DNA of 64,000 nt from Felis catus (lineage: Eukaryota), in assembly GCF_018350175.1 (NCBI RefSeq), contig NC_058368.1:90274001-90338000 (forward strand), given 5' to 3'. Within the stretch, counting starts at the first letter, position 1; each line of letters starts with the position of its first letter. Position numbers and translations under genes: made by a program. A model generated the notes under the pieces. The model made no database searches. It had not been told where the DNA came from and was given only the letters and a program-made list of their open reading frames with translations. Below, one piece after another: positions 11,887 through 24,610 of the stretch.

Positions 11887-14800
11887 ACCTTACAGGATGA
11901 CCTCGCTCACATACCCATCTTCACTTCAAATCTTGTCTAAGCCTCTGGTTTCCGGTGGGCTCCTCTAGAGTACTTTCAAGTTGCTTCTGGCCTGTGCCCC
12001 TGCCTACTCTGTTCCCTCAGCCTGGGACACCCTGCCCTTCCTCTCTCACCTGTAGGTCTTTGAGACCGAGCATCTCCCTTGAGGTCTCGTTGCCAAGTGG
12101 CACTGGTACCTCCCTGCCTCCTGTGGGACTCCAGGCAGATCCCCAACTGGGCCCAGGGTGCTGCCTAGAGCCCTTCCCTTTCCCGGTCAGCTCTTCTCAT
12201 TTCTCACAGCCACACTTCTAAGTGTGTTCTGTCTCCTTTAAACACCTCAGCTCATCCCTTTGTTCCTCACTCTTGCTGGAGAGCTTCCTCATCACCTCCA
12301 CGGAAGAAATAATGGTTGTTAGATACTGAAATTCTCAGCTGCCTGACAGCAAGCTTTCAGGTGCACCTGCCTCCCAGCCACGCCTGCAGCGTCCCCTCCT
12401 GTCTGGGTGGAGGAGGACCCCCTTGTTCCGATGTGCCCCTTCCCTTCCTCAGGGACCTTGCTCTGTAGACTGTCTGCTCCTGCCAGGTTTTGTTCTTTCT
12501 ATCCCTGGCATCTCGACATAAGCAAGCACTTCCTGCAGCAGTTTCTTAATCTGTCTCCAAATACCGCCCTGCGGCCCCTCCCCTCACCCCCAGATTTAGG
12601 GAAGGATCTATGCTCGCTGTAACCTTCACCTGAGTAAGGGAAGAAGAAAACCTAGGTGCCTTTGTTTCTGTCCATCCTTGATTTTCAACCAGCCTGTCTG
12701 CAGACTGAACTTTCTGTCTATCGATAGCAGTGCCCTCATGGATTGCTGGCTTTTTGGTGCATAACCTTTACTTTTCGTCCTCTGTCACGTTCATTTACTG
12801 CGAACAGATGGTGGTTGGCATTGCTCTGGGGCCTCCTGCTTGTGTCAGTTGATTACGGCTGATCATCTAGGATGTTCGCCAGCATGCCCTAGAGACTACC
12901 GCCTTATTTAGACCTCTGATTTAAAGGTCAGCCACAAAATTTTTTAGTGGTTAAAAATACTTTTCAGAAGTGGAGTGCCGTAGCTTGGATAAACATGTGT
13001 CCGAGATGCCACTTTGGGTGCTAAGAGGGGTGCATCGCTGTGGTGCCCCACCTCGAAGGAGTGCCTGTTTGCATAGCGTCTGCTGCCAGGCCCAGCGAGG
13101 GGGGAGAGTTCTCATCTCTGACCTTTAGTAATCCCAGGTCCTTTTATATTTGTCAGGTTCTTACATGGCAGCAAGAGGCTGCAGAGCTGTGCAAACAACT
13201 CCCCTTTAGTGTGCACTCCTCACCCCACCCCCAGCCATCGTTCTACTCTCTCTAGTTTGTGTTGGTTCGGGAAGGAGGAAAGGGGGCGGACACCGTATGC
13301 AGTGCAGTTCTGCTGGTTTTGTTCCTTTCGTGTTGCATAAATTCTGCATTCTGTACCCCAAGGTATTTCTTCTAAGAATAAAGAACTGTTCTGTTGAAGT
13401 TGTGATCTGCTTGTCCTTCCCATGGTTCCCTGTTCCTCAGCCCATTACCTGCCTTCCATCCCTGTCCCTATCCACCTCTCTGTCCTGAATGCTTCTGTGT
13501 GTGTGTACTTTGATTACTCGAGTCTCTCAAAGGGCTTCTTCTCAAAGTCTGGTTGGCCCCAGCTGCCGCCCAGTGAGACGTCCGTGGTACACGTGCAAGC
13601 TAGTCCGAGGTCACGGGTGCTGGGCGTGCCAGCACCTGAGGCCCACTCACTCGTTCTGTCATGCGAAACATTACCATTAACTTTGCCTGAGTGTATGTTT
13701 AATAGTACCTTTCCTTTGCATGCCATTGGTGCTTTTCTAAGTATTCCACAACAGTTTGTTGCATACTGCTCCAAACAGCCTCACAAGGTAGAGCATGCCT
13801 TCCTTCCCTGCCCCCCTCCCTACTCCACCTCTGTGGCTTGCTGGCCACACAGAGGAGTCAGGAAGGCTCCACACACTGTAGCAGCAGAACTGTGTCTGGG
13901 AAGAAGGGGGAGGCCACCAGGCTGAGCTTGGTGCAGCAGTGAAGCAAGAGGGTAAGGACATGGGTGATGAGGGAAAGAAGGAGCACAGGTCAGTTACTCA
14001 CTGAGATTCCGGCAGCGACCCCAAGGGGGTTGGGGTCAGGGGGCCCCAGGGGAACAGGAGAACTGCCCAGCTGTGTTCAGATGAGAGGGAAATGCTGAGG
14101 GAACCAGGCTGGCCATCTCCCCATCTCGCTCCAGGGGAGGTACAGGAACTCAGCTGTTGGGAAATCTGTCAGAGGAGGGAGGGGGCAGGTGGCGGACTGG
14201 GGTGGGGGTCAAGAGTAGGAGAGCCATGGGTTAGACACACAGTCAAAAGGAAAAGTTTTTTTGTTTTAAGAAAAAAAAATTTTTTTTCGGATTTTGAGTT
14301 AGCTAGGAAAGGGAGACATTCTCAGTTTGTCCCTGAAGACCCAGTTAGTCTTTGTTGTCCATTACAGTACCCAAGGGGGGCTGGAGAGACACTTTCTTTT
14401 GCATCTACAAACCTATAAGGTCCAACATAAGAAAAAAAATGCATAAGAAAATGCATTTATAACTAAAGGAACAGATAAGCAGAGAATACTCAGCTCATGG
14501 AGCCTTAAAAATTAAATATGGGATTATAACTTTTATTCTTCCTGAACAACCAGTGATAAAAAAGAAAGACAGTAGGTTAAGAAAAACGGAAAGAAGGGGG
14601 GTGACAGTAGGTTAAGAAAAAGGTGACAGGGAGGTGACAGGGAAGAGGGAGAGCAAACCACCATTTGCCCCCAGGCCTCTGCTGCTTGCTGAAACCAAGG
14701 TCCCCACAAACAGCTGGCTAAAGTCAGCGCCCTCCCCCCACGGAGATCACACAACCTCAGCTCTCCTGTCACCTGCCAACTGCCCAAAGTCCATCGCAGA

Positions 14801-15995
14801 ACTGGCCTCAAGCGCCTCTCCCAGCCACCCACCTCTACCCAATGCTAACCAAACCCTCAGAGGTCTGTAGGCCAGGGGTTAGGCAGATGCACCCTTGTAA
14901 GGGGGAGGATCTGTCACTTAGCCAACCTGAAGGGATCTGAATCCCCAGAAAGATTAGAACCCTTGTTCTAGTCTCTGCCAGACTACAGCAAACACCAGCT
15001 CTTAAAACACCCGCCCAGGGGGGGCCCTGTGGGTGGGAACACTCTTGGAGCATTCTCACATGAGAATAAAAGGAACAAGAAGCAGACATGACAAGGCCTT
15101 GTGTGTTGTAAATGAATTTCAAGCTCCCCTATGGTTTGGTGACTTTAACCCCTTAAGTAGAAACCTGCAGGTTTAAATAAAAGCCTCCAGGGATGATGAG
15201 GTTCTAGTTCATTGCTTTATCTGCAGGCTTCCCAGGAGATGGATAAATTCAGACTTCATGATCATTATTCTTACCCAAAGTAATTGAGTGCACGGTCACC
15301 AAGTGGCAGCAGGTGGGCACACACGTGTTGTTCATATTGAAGCTGTAGGTATGAATGTTTCTTCCAAATCCCAGTTAAAGCAGTGAGTTCTTTCGACCTC
15401 TTTTTTTTTTTTATCAAAACTGCAATTTTTTGAACAGCTATATATAACTATAAGCCACTTATAAATTGACGAAGTTTTAAAGGCATACCATGTTTCAGTT
15501 TGATATCTTAACATTTCTTTTATCCCAAGACTCCACGTATAGTTACTCCAAAGGTGCTTGAATCTGCCTCTTTCAAGGTGCTGGGCAGAGGTCCCAGCAT
15601 CTGCCTCTTTCCCTGTTTGGCCAGGACTCTGGGGCTTCTGTGTGGCTTCATTTCAACCTCTGAGAGCTGCCATGGGGAGTACTTGAACTTGAGAAATGAT
15701 TTCCACAACTCCCTCAAAGTGTTCTCTCACTTCCAAAAGGTGCAACGTCCCTTTTCTAAGAATGCTAAACTCTCCACAACTGACTTAGGTTCAGTTGCTA
15801 GGATGCGACTTCCACTCTCCTGAGCAAGAGCAAATCACCCATCCTTTCTCTCCCCAAAACATTTCCACTGAAAACTTCTGGCTCAGTGTTACCTAATTCT
15901 TAGGTGCAGTTGTCCCCAGAATATTCCCAACCACCCTTCAGCCTTTACATACATTTAGCATAGATTGCTTAGAAGTCTTTTTAAATAATGTTTTA

Positions 15996-16412
15996 GGGGC
16001 ACCTGGATAGCTCAGTGTGTTGAGCATCCAGCTCTTGATTTGAGCTCAGGTCATGATCCCATGGTCATGCGATCAAGCCCCATGTCTGGCTCTTTGCTGA
16101 GTGTGGAGCCTGCTTGAGAATCTGTCTCTCTCTCTCCCTCCCTCCCTCTGTCCCTCTCCCCTGGTGTGTACATCTCTCTCAAAAAAAAAAAAAAAAAAAT
16201 TAAAGGGGCTCCTGGGTGGCTGAGTCAGTTAAGCATCTTGACTCTTGGTTTCAGCTCAGGTTGTGATCCCAAGATTGTGGAATCGAGCCCTGTGTCGGGC
16301 CTCGCACTGACAGCCCAGAGCCTGCTTGGGATTCCCTCCCCCTTTCTGCACCTCCCCCACTTGCTCTTTCAAAAAATGAACATATAAAAAGAATTTTTAA
16401 TTTAAAAAACAA
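15996..16412 (+). mobile_element. Two tandem CAN/SINEC SINEs (15996-16204, 16205-16412)
   Basis: Two heads and two A tails; aatgtttta flanks the pair. Confidence 0.88.
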
Positions 16413-16837
16413 GTAAAAATGTTTTAAGTGACATTTAAACTGAGTTCCATGGAACTAATTCATAGTTTTGCAGAAAACTTCATATGACTCTTGTTTCATA
16501 TCTTCTTGAGTTTGCGTTTTTCTACTTTAGCTGTTATAGAAAACATAACTGATTAATAAAGTATAGTTTGTCTTCTTCATTCATAATAAATATCCTAAGT
16601 TTCCTCAAATGGTGAAATAAAAAGACCGAACTGCCAAATACTACTTACAGTTCTCGTCATCCAAATTGGATTCAGGAGATTTTCTGCCAGCCGTGTATTA
16701 GTACATCCCCAATATTTGTCTCTTGGGACTTGCCAATATGTCGAAAAAGGAGGAGAAACTGACTAAAAATTCCATTTCTTTTGGTCTAATAGTTGTTTAG
16801 CATGTAATTTGTGATACAAGTCTCCCATTTTTTCCAG

Positions 16838-16934
16838 GCATGTTTTCCACAAATCCTGCGTGGATCCCTGGCTTAGTGAACACTGTACCTGTCCAATGTG
16901 CAAACTTAATATTTTGAAGGCCCTGGGAATTGTG
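16838..16934 (+). CDS. RNF130: RNF130 coding exon 6 (97 nt), (K)[33 protein letters not shown]-half of RING-H2
   Basis: ttttttccag acceptor and GTG|gtatgt donor. Completes C3H2C3 (HxxHxxC...W...CPxC). Phase matches exon 5. Confidence 0.97.
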
Positions 16935-17707
16935 GTATGTTTCTTATTTTGTTACTGCGTCCGTGTGGTGTCCTCTCCAGGTGCAGCCTAACGTAGCACA
17001 AGCGGGATGGTCACATCTCACGAGAGAACCCCGGCTTGCAGTGCCTTTCTCCCAGAGTACTTAAAGTCCAGGCCACCTTGGGGAAGTCCCAGAAGAGATG
17101 ATAAAGGACTGAGCTAGTCCACTGGCAAGTGTGCTTTTCTGTGGGTGCTGGATTGTGGTAAAGTACCGCCATAGGAGAGATGGATGGGGTTTTCTTGCAC
17201 TCCACTATTTTGTTTTAAGGACTAGAATATAGACTATGCAGTAATTTTTTCTGCATTCAGCATCACATGTCCTCACTTACATTCCTTCCCCTTGGATCTG
17301 GCTTTGCTCCCCTCCGTGCCTTGGTCAGTTGCCAGTAGTGGTGGTGGGCGGTGCCGGCTCTGGGCAGGGCCTTTGGTCCGGTTCTGTGCAGACAACTTCA
17401 GCACTGACTGAGGATCATGGAGACTTCCTTAAGAGAAGTATATGTCCACAATTAATGCTTTTTGGAGGAAAACAAAGTACTCTCTGGTCTCAGGAAAGAG
17501 TGGATGAGTGATTTCCTTAAGAACCAAAAGTTGAGTTTGGCCCACCGAAAGAATTCCTCATGGTAGCCTTGCAGCCCAAAGCACATCCAAGCAGTCGTAT
17601 TCAAAATCCGCTATCAGATGACAGCTTAACAGTCCCGTTGGGCAGTGATGACCCCTTGTATCTTCCCATCTGCAGCGATCACATCAGTGACATCATTTAA
17701 CGTAGGA

Positions 17708-17893
17708 ACGTTCCTCTACCTCAGCACCACCAGATAATTCCATCAGTGGGGGTTCATCCTGTGCACTGTTCGGTTCCTAGCAGCCCCTCTGGCTACTCCT
17801 GAATGCTAGTGGCACAACGCACCGGTCACGCGATCAGAATGTCGCCAGACGTCGCCAGACGTCTCCTGGGGAACAAAACCCACTCCTTTTGAG
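17708..17893 (-). mobile_element. Degenerate MER20 remnant
   Basis: cctcagcacc...ctgtgcactgt...ctagcagc...aatgtcgccagac...ctggggaacaaaa resembles MER20 in reverse. Confidence 0.55.
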
Positions 17894-18992
17894 GAGTTTA
17901 ACATGGAGCATCTTCCACAATACCTGACATGTGGCAGATACTTTGGGAAGGATTAACTTAATCTCCTTTCATTGCCTTTAGCCTTGGTGGTGGTTTGGTT
18001 TGGTTTTTCTTTTAAGTCCTATTTTTTGAAGTACTAATACTTTTCCCTTCTGTTTTTTAATGAAACCCTTCTAAAATCTATTACAGGCTACCATGGTTTT
18101 AAATATAAAGGCCGTAATAAACCTCTTCTGAGTGGGTATCATTATAAGCATCAGTTATTGCACTGTGCTGTCATTTTTTGTACTTAGGCTCTGGGGTGAT
18201 CTAGAACAGCGTTCTCCTGGCTGAGAAGCCATTGTTCTGGGTTTGGTCAGCTGTCACTTCTCTATACTTCAGCTTCTCTCAGCCATCCTTCCCAGCTCTG
18301 CCTCTGACGTGCTATCTGCTACAAGAACTGAAGGTTGCTAGGGAAACCGAGTATCCGTATCGTTACATCAGAAGATTCTCATATCCATGTTTTAGTTGGT
18401 AGGCTTTGGCCCCAAGGCAGCTCTGTAACTCTCCTTCAGGGTTAGATTCTTAGATTGTGAAACAGATCCCTTACTCACGATTCAAGGTCTTTTCAGGGTT
18501 GATCTGCTCTTGGTTGGATGCTTTCCTTGTGTTTAAAGGTAGGAGACGTTTAAAAACTGACTGCCAGATAAATGCCATTACAGAGAAGTTAATAGGATGA
18601 AAGCAGTATTTTATGTCATTTGCTTTCACTCCACATTGATGGAAGAGCCAAAGCAACACATTTTAAATGTTTGTCAGCTTTGTAATGTATTGAACAACCC
18701 CTGTGCCCGTGAGCCATGTCCACCAAAGGTTGTCATTTCTTCATAAAGATGAAGTATCTGGTTTTCTCGGTTCTTCAGTGGATTTTAGTTTTCTTTTTCA
18801 CCAATTTCTGGGAAGAAATCTGTTTCTTTTACAGAAAAACTTGTGGGTGAGAAAGGGTAAGTGGGGAAAGAAATGAGAGGAAACCACACGGAAAAAAAAC
18901 TTGAAGTCTTTTCAACAGGGTATCAAACATTTAGAATTTTCTAAAAGATTTGTTATTCTTATAAGTACTTTTAATCTGGAAATGTTTTGCAG

Positions 18993-19197
18993 CCAAATTT
19001 GCCATGTACTGATAACGTAGCATTTGATATGGAAAGGCTCACCAGAACCCAAGCAGTTAACCGAAGATCAGCCCTAGGTGACCTCGCCAGTGACAACTCC
19101 CTTGGCCTGGAGCCACTTCGAACTTCGGGGATCTCGCCTCTTCCTCAGGATGGGGAGCTCACTCCTAGAACGGGAGAGATCAACATTGCAGTAACAA
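18993..19197 (+). CDS. RNF130: RNF130 coding exon 7 (205 nt), [68 protein letters not shown]
   Basis: ttttgcag acceptor and A|gtaagt donor (phase 1). The peptide matches the recalled RNF130 cytoplasmic tail. Confidence 0.96.
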
Positions 19198-22100
19198 GTA
19201 AGTGGGGCCTTGTGCCCGGGTGCAGGGCAGATTCGCTGCTGTTTGGTGTGCGTTGATTGCTCTGGAGGACAGTTGAGGCAATCTCCTGGGCCGGTTGGTT
19301 AGTCTGTAACCGAGAAAGAAACAGGTATTTGGAAGGACAAAAGTTTGTTTATAATAAGGAGGTTGTGTATTTGTGTATAATAAATGGGAATCGCTTCCAT
19401 TTGACAAGTAGTTGTTCAGAGGTTTGTCTTAGTAGCCGGTTTCAAAATGGTTGCCTTGCAGATGGGCAGTTTCAAGGGTCATGCTGGGATGTGACCTCGG
19501 GCGTCACCTTGGGTGTGTTGTGTGACCGTGAGCACCAGTGCTCTCTGGTTCCTAGGCTGAGTGAAACACTAGTGCAGATTTGAACACACAAATGAACCAC
19601 TCTAGGGCAACTTGAGCCGGCTGCCGCTTACTTTATTTTACACTTTCTATGACGTTTGGTGTCTTGGCACTTACCTCTTTGGTGTCATGGTACATGAGGT
19701 GGGAGAAAAGCCAAAGGGTAATATGCCTTTAAAAACGCTCTTGCTCGTTATGAACATCTTGACTGTTGTGCCGTTGATGGGAAGAAAAGCAGTGCTCCGA
19801 GTGTTCTGATGGCCGTGCCTCAGTACGGTGTGAGTGGGCTGGCAGGCGTGTGTGTGGGCCTTGCGGACATTCACCCTGTAACAAGCCAGCTGTCTCCTCC
19901 AGTTCCATCCTCTACGTGATCTTTCCATCTAACAGCCCTTCGCCATCTTCCTTGCCACCACTCCGGTGCTGCCTTTTCCAGTACGTGCTGTTGCTTGCCT
20001 GTAGCCCTAAAGCTGATGGGGCCCTGCTTAACTCAGGGGGTCCATAGCCCAGATAAAGCTGTTGACATAGCAAGCCTCGTGTGGTCTCTTCAAGTGAAGG
20101 ACACATGTTTTTAACCAACCAAAACTTAGTAGTAGCAAACGACTCCCCAGGTTTTGTTCTAGCATCTGTCTAAACTTAGGGAGACTTCATTCAGTTACAA
20201 AATAAGGAAAACTATTCTTTGATACAGCTTGACTCATTTCTTACCATTTCCCCCGTGACGTGTTTCAACAGCTTTTCGTGTTTTCAGGTTTTATAGTGTA
20301 GATTTTTGAAAACTGATCTAGTAGCAATAAAGGAAACAAAGGTTCCTTGTTTATTAATGAGTTTTTGTAGGTCCTTCATTGATCGACATTTATTGAGCAC
20401 CTACTACTACATTAAGTTCTGATCCTGCTATATTTTATGCAGAACTGTCCTTTCAGAATCTCCCATTTTGATGATAAAAAATGTTACTTCATATATCATA
20501 TCAATCCCCATCAGTGGAATTTACACATGTGAATAAATAAACTCATGTGGTTAAACGAAACCAAAGCTCCCTCTCCTTTGCCTTCAAAGCTCTGTAGTGT
20601 CGTACCAGCTACAGTGCGCCCACTCAGCACCCACTGTGCAAGACACTGTGCTAAATACACACTGGGGTTCCGGCCTCAGCAGACTGCTGGACCCACCGGG
20701 CATTGTGATGGGGTCTGCTTCATTTTGGTTACTAGTTTTTATAACTGAAATGCCATACATCTATGGATGGTATGTTCAGTATGCAGAAACACAGACATCA
20801 CTGAAGTTCCAAAAGTTAGTCTGCTTATCATGTACAAAGGTCTCTAAGAAGAAAAAAATAACTCTGTGTTAAGCTTCTTGGTACTGATGACCAGTCATCT
20901 CTGAATTTTTTTAAATGCCAGGACACATTTTTCCTAACTTAAAATACATGCAGGTAAAGATGGTGGGTTTTGTATGGGTTCTTAAATGTTCATTTGGACT
21001 GAAATTAAAACCTTATAAATTTACTGTACTGATGAAGAATTTGTAATCCAGGAAGCAGTGGCTGCACTGTTAACCAAAAACCAAAGAGTTTGCTAAGCAT
21101 TATAACAATACAGATCAAGATGGCCAAGAAACGCTTCTAGAACAAACTCATCATCCTGGCAATCCTGAAGACCAGTTCTTAACGTTTTGAAGATCACCAC
21201 CTTTAAAATCCAGTGAAAGTATAACCTTTTTCTAGAAAAATCCCTAGGCACACACAATTTTTCACATTTGTAGGATTCATGGAAACCAGGCTGAGAAACC
21301 CTCACATTCTACACAGCTTTTACATACCCAACTTAGGCATTCCAAGTATAAATGTCTTCTCTCTGCCTTATTGTAGATACATAGGGGACTTTGCTGTGTA
21401 CCACCTTGTTGAACCAGCCCTAGTTAGTGTATATACTAGGAAATATTTTATAGATTGGTTCTCAGGTTATTTTCAAGGTTCGCAGTAAATAGTACTTCGG
21501 GGACGTTACCTTGACATACAGACTTTGAAAAGAAGGGAAAATATTAACTGACTTCCCAGATCTAGAGAAAGACTAGATAAAAAAACCCTAGAGTTCTGTG
21601 TTTCAGAGGTTTTTTTCCAACTCTTTGATGGGCCAGGTACCTTGTGAGTCACCTTCCCTTCCTACTTGTGCTCGACACAGCCAAAGCAGCCAGTGCTTGC
21701 TTCCCGCCGGCGGGAGTATGAAGGGTAGTTCTTCCCAGGAGAGAACCAATAAGATGTCCTTTGTAAATAAAGACTGTAAGTAAACCTGTGCCTAAGAGAA
21801 AAGAAGGTAGACCCGAATGCCACGGAAGGCCAGCCCGCGGACTGCGTGGAGTACCCACAGGACCTTTGGGACCTCTACTCCGTATGAGTGGCACAACCAT
21901 GCAGAAGTGACAGAATGAAGAAGGAAAGGTTGTAGAAGTATGGCTGGTCCACTTTACTGTCATCTAAAGTAGCCATTTAAAACTCTGTGTCCACGTGCAA
22001 TTTTATATGCATTATTTCTGCTGCACACTTTTTGGTGGCCACACTCTTCACAAACCTCAGGACCTTAACTGGAAGAAATGTTTGGGCCATGCTTTCCTTT

Positions 22101-22303
22101 CTCCCTTGCAGCTTTTCAACACTACTTCCACTAACCTTCTCCAGTTAGTAGCTCTCTGGCAAACCTCCTGCTTCACTTCCTTGGGCCAGTCTTGGCTTAC
22201 ACCTCCGTTGACGTCTGCTTCGTTGCATTTGAGGGAAATGTTGACATCGATTTGACTTAAGCCTTCTCCCCAGAGTGATTTCCTCCCTTTCCTTTGTCAA
22301 CAG

Positions 22304-22397
22304 AAGAATGGTTTATTATTGCCAGTTTTGGCCTCCTCAGTGCTCTCACACTCTGCTACATGATCATCAGAGCCACAGCTAGCTTGAATGCTAATGA
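22304..22397 (+). CDS. RNF130: RNF130 coding exon 8 (94 nt), (K)[30 protein letters not shown](E), second hydrophobic segment
   Basis: Long pyrimidine tract and caacag acceptor, then GA|gtaagt donor. Phase 1 in, phase 2 out. Confidence 0.95.
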
Positions 22398-23704
22398 GTA
22401 AGTAACAAATTATTTTTTGGATTGCATGTGCCAGATGATCCCAAGAAACCCTGTAATTTTCATAAAGATGGTGAAATTTGGCTTCCACTAGTTTCATATC
22501 CTGATGACGCCATACCTAGCAAAATAAGTGTATTTCTTGACCATATATTTTTAGTCAGTAACACAGATCGGGAGGTCACCTTGCTCAGCAACAACAGCTC
22601 ACTCGAGAAAAGATCCAAGGGCTTTTGTTAGCCACATGCTTAGAGTACAGCAGCGGTGTAATGCAAACCCCAGGGGAACCAGCACAGTCATAAGGTGCAA
22701 AGAATGTCTGTGTCCTGATCATTGACAGGAAAATCCCACTTTACTGTGTGCTCACCAGACTTGATCTGGATTCTTACATACTTAGCTTTTTGTGGAACAC
22801 TGGCACCCTGGCCTACAGTCAAGGGACAGTGACTTGGATGTTTAGCCTCTAAGAAAGAAGCAATCGGGAAGACCCACTGTTACCAAAGAGTAGGAAGATT
22901 GTCATGGGGGCAAAGAAAATAAGCTTATACGGTATTTCCATGGGGCAAAATGAGGACCATAGGGGTAGGTCACAGGAAGGCAAATTTCATCTCCGTAAGA
23001 GGAAGAACAGTTGTCAGTGAGGCTACTTACCCCGTGAGCTGGTTTGCCATGGGGAGTGCCCAGGACGAGGAGCACAGGAAGAAGCTGCATGTTACTTGTC
23101 GGGGCTGCTAGAGGTTGTTCAGAGTTAGGCAAAATTGGGCTAGATTACTCTTAAGTCCCATTTGGATCCAGTGATTTTCCAAGTAGCTTTCCATGGGGAT
23201 AAGATAAAACAAAGGTTTATTTTTTTATTATTTTTATTTTATTTTTGGTTTTGTTGGTTTTGTTTTAAATTTAGGGCATTGTAAAGTATTCTTTAGTCCT
23301 TTCTTTTACCAGTATCCATGAAAAAAAATTTTGAGATGAGAGTAGCCCTAGGACACAGCCCAAGTAGGAACCTAAAGTACTACAGGTGGCATTCACGTGC
23401 TCTCCACACTCACTTATGTCCTGGCATTTTAACTGATTCATAACCAGCCAAGCTCATGTAATTGATTTAATTGAACACTCCTTGTCCAACTGTAGAAACA
23501 AATGGGCAAGTAACCTGCACTTACCATGACATCATTTTATTATCTCTAACCTGATCTATTGCCTGGATACTTGTAAGAAGGGCCCTTTGGCATCCCTGAC
23601 ACGTTGGGAGGATGCCATGGTTGGTTGGCATTCTTCAGCCTTCAAGCAAGTAGTTGTGGCCAGTCATCCAATAGGCCAACCCACCTGATGCAGTTTTACT
23701 TCAA

Positions 23705-23937
23705 CATAGCACAGTGTGAATTGCTCAGGCTCTAGAGTGAGACATAACCTGAATTTGACTCCTTGCTCTTCCATTTTTTGCTTGGGAGACCTGGGCAGCT
23801 GTATTTATCTGAGGCTCATTTTAGTCATGGAGAAAACAAGAATAATGGTAGGAGCATACCCTAGGTTGTGTGAATTCGCATGTAAAGTGCTTAGCACAGT
23901 GCCTGGTACATAATAAGTGCTCAATAAATGTTAGCTT
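23705..23937 (+). mobile_element. MIR SINE
   Basis: 3' end gtaaagtgcttagcacagtgcctggtacataataagtgctcaataaatgttagct. Confidence 0.8.
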
Positions 23938-24549
23938 AATGGTTCCACCGAGATTCTTTCAAAGTTCTGTGAATGAGATGACCATCTGCCTTTATCATTT
24001 GGCAAATGATTTTAATTTTCTTCCATGAAACAGTATAGAATCATAGGAGCTCAGTAAGTGCCTATGATTCAGACCTGTGTGGAGGGAAGAGTTATTTCAC
24101 CTACAATCACCTCTTTTGCTTACTCTCATACCGACCCCATCAGAGTCCATGGTAGTGTAAGTCCACTTCTTAAAACTTTCACAAATGAGCAAAAACCAGT
24201 CACAGCATATAGAGGCACTCTGGGCACTTTTAGAGAATCATGATGTGATTTAATGGTCACCTTGCTGCCACTCAGGATCTGCCAGGTGCTCAGTTCATGC
24301 ATCAGATATTTTAGAGAAGGCTCACTAGATGTGTTACCTTTTAGAAATCAAAGTACCTGGGGCCATGGTACTTCAGTTCCATGCATAAATGCCTGCATGA
24401 CTCAGTCTAAGCATAGATCTTAGATCCATGTCTTAGGCCGACCCTTCTCCCATTAGCCTTTGTAGAAGGTTGATACTGCAGTTGTTCATTTGAGTATTAT
24501 TTCTGTGCCTTCAGTCAGAACTACTCTGAAGGACAATTTTCATGATCCC

Positions 24550-24552
<3 letters not shown>

Positions 24553-24595
<43 letters not shown>

Positions 24596-24610
24596 TGTGT
24601 GTGTGTGTGT
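24553..24610. repeat. Compound (GA)n(GT)n microsatellite
   Basis: Direct inspection. Confidence 0.95.

Noticed and set aside
8637..13925. Intronic ORFs of 137-176 aa
   Set aside because: No recognisable homology; consistent with chance open frames in RNF130 introns 4-5.
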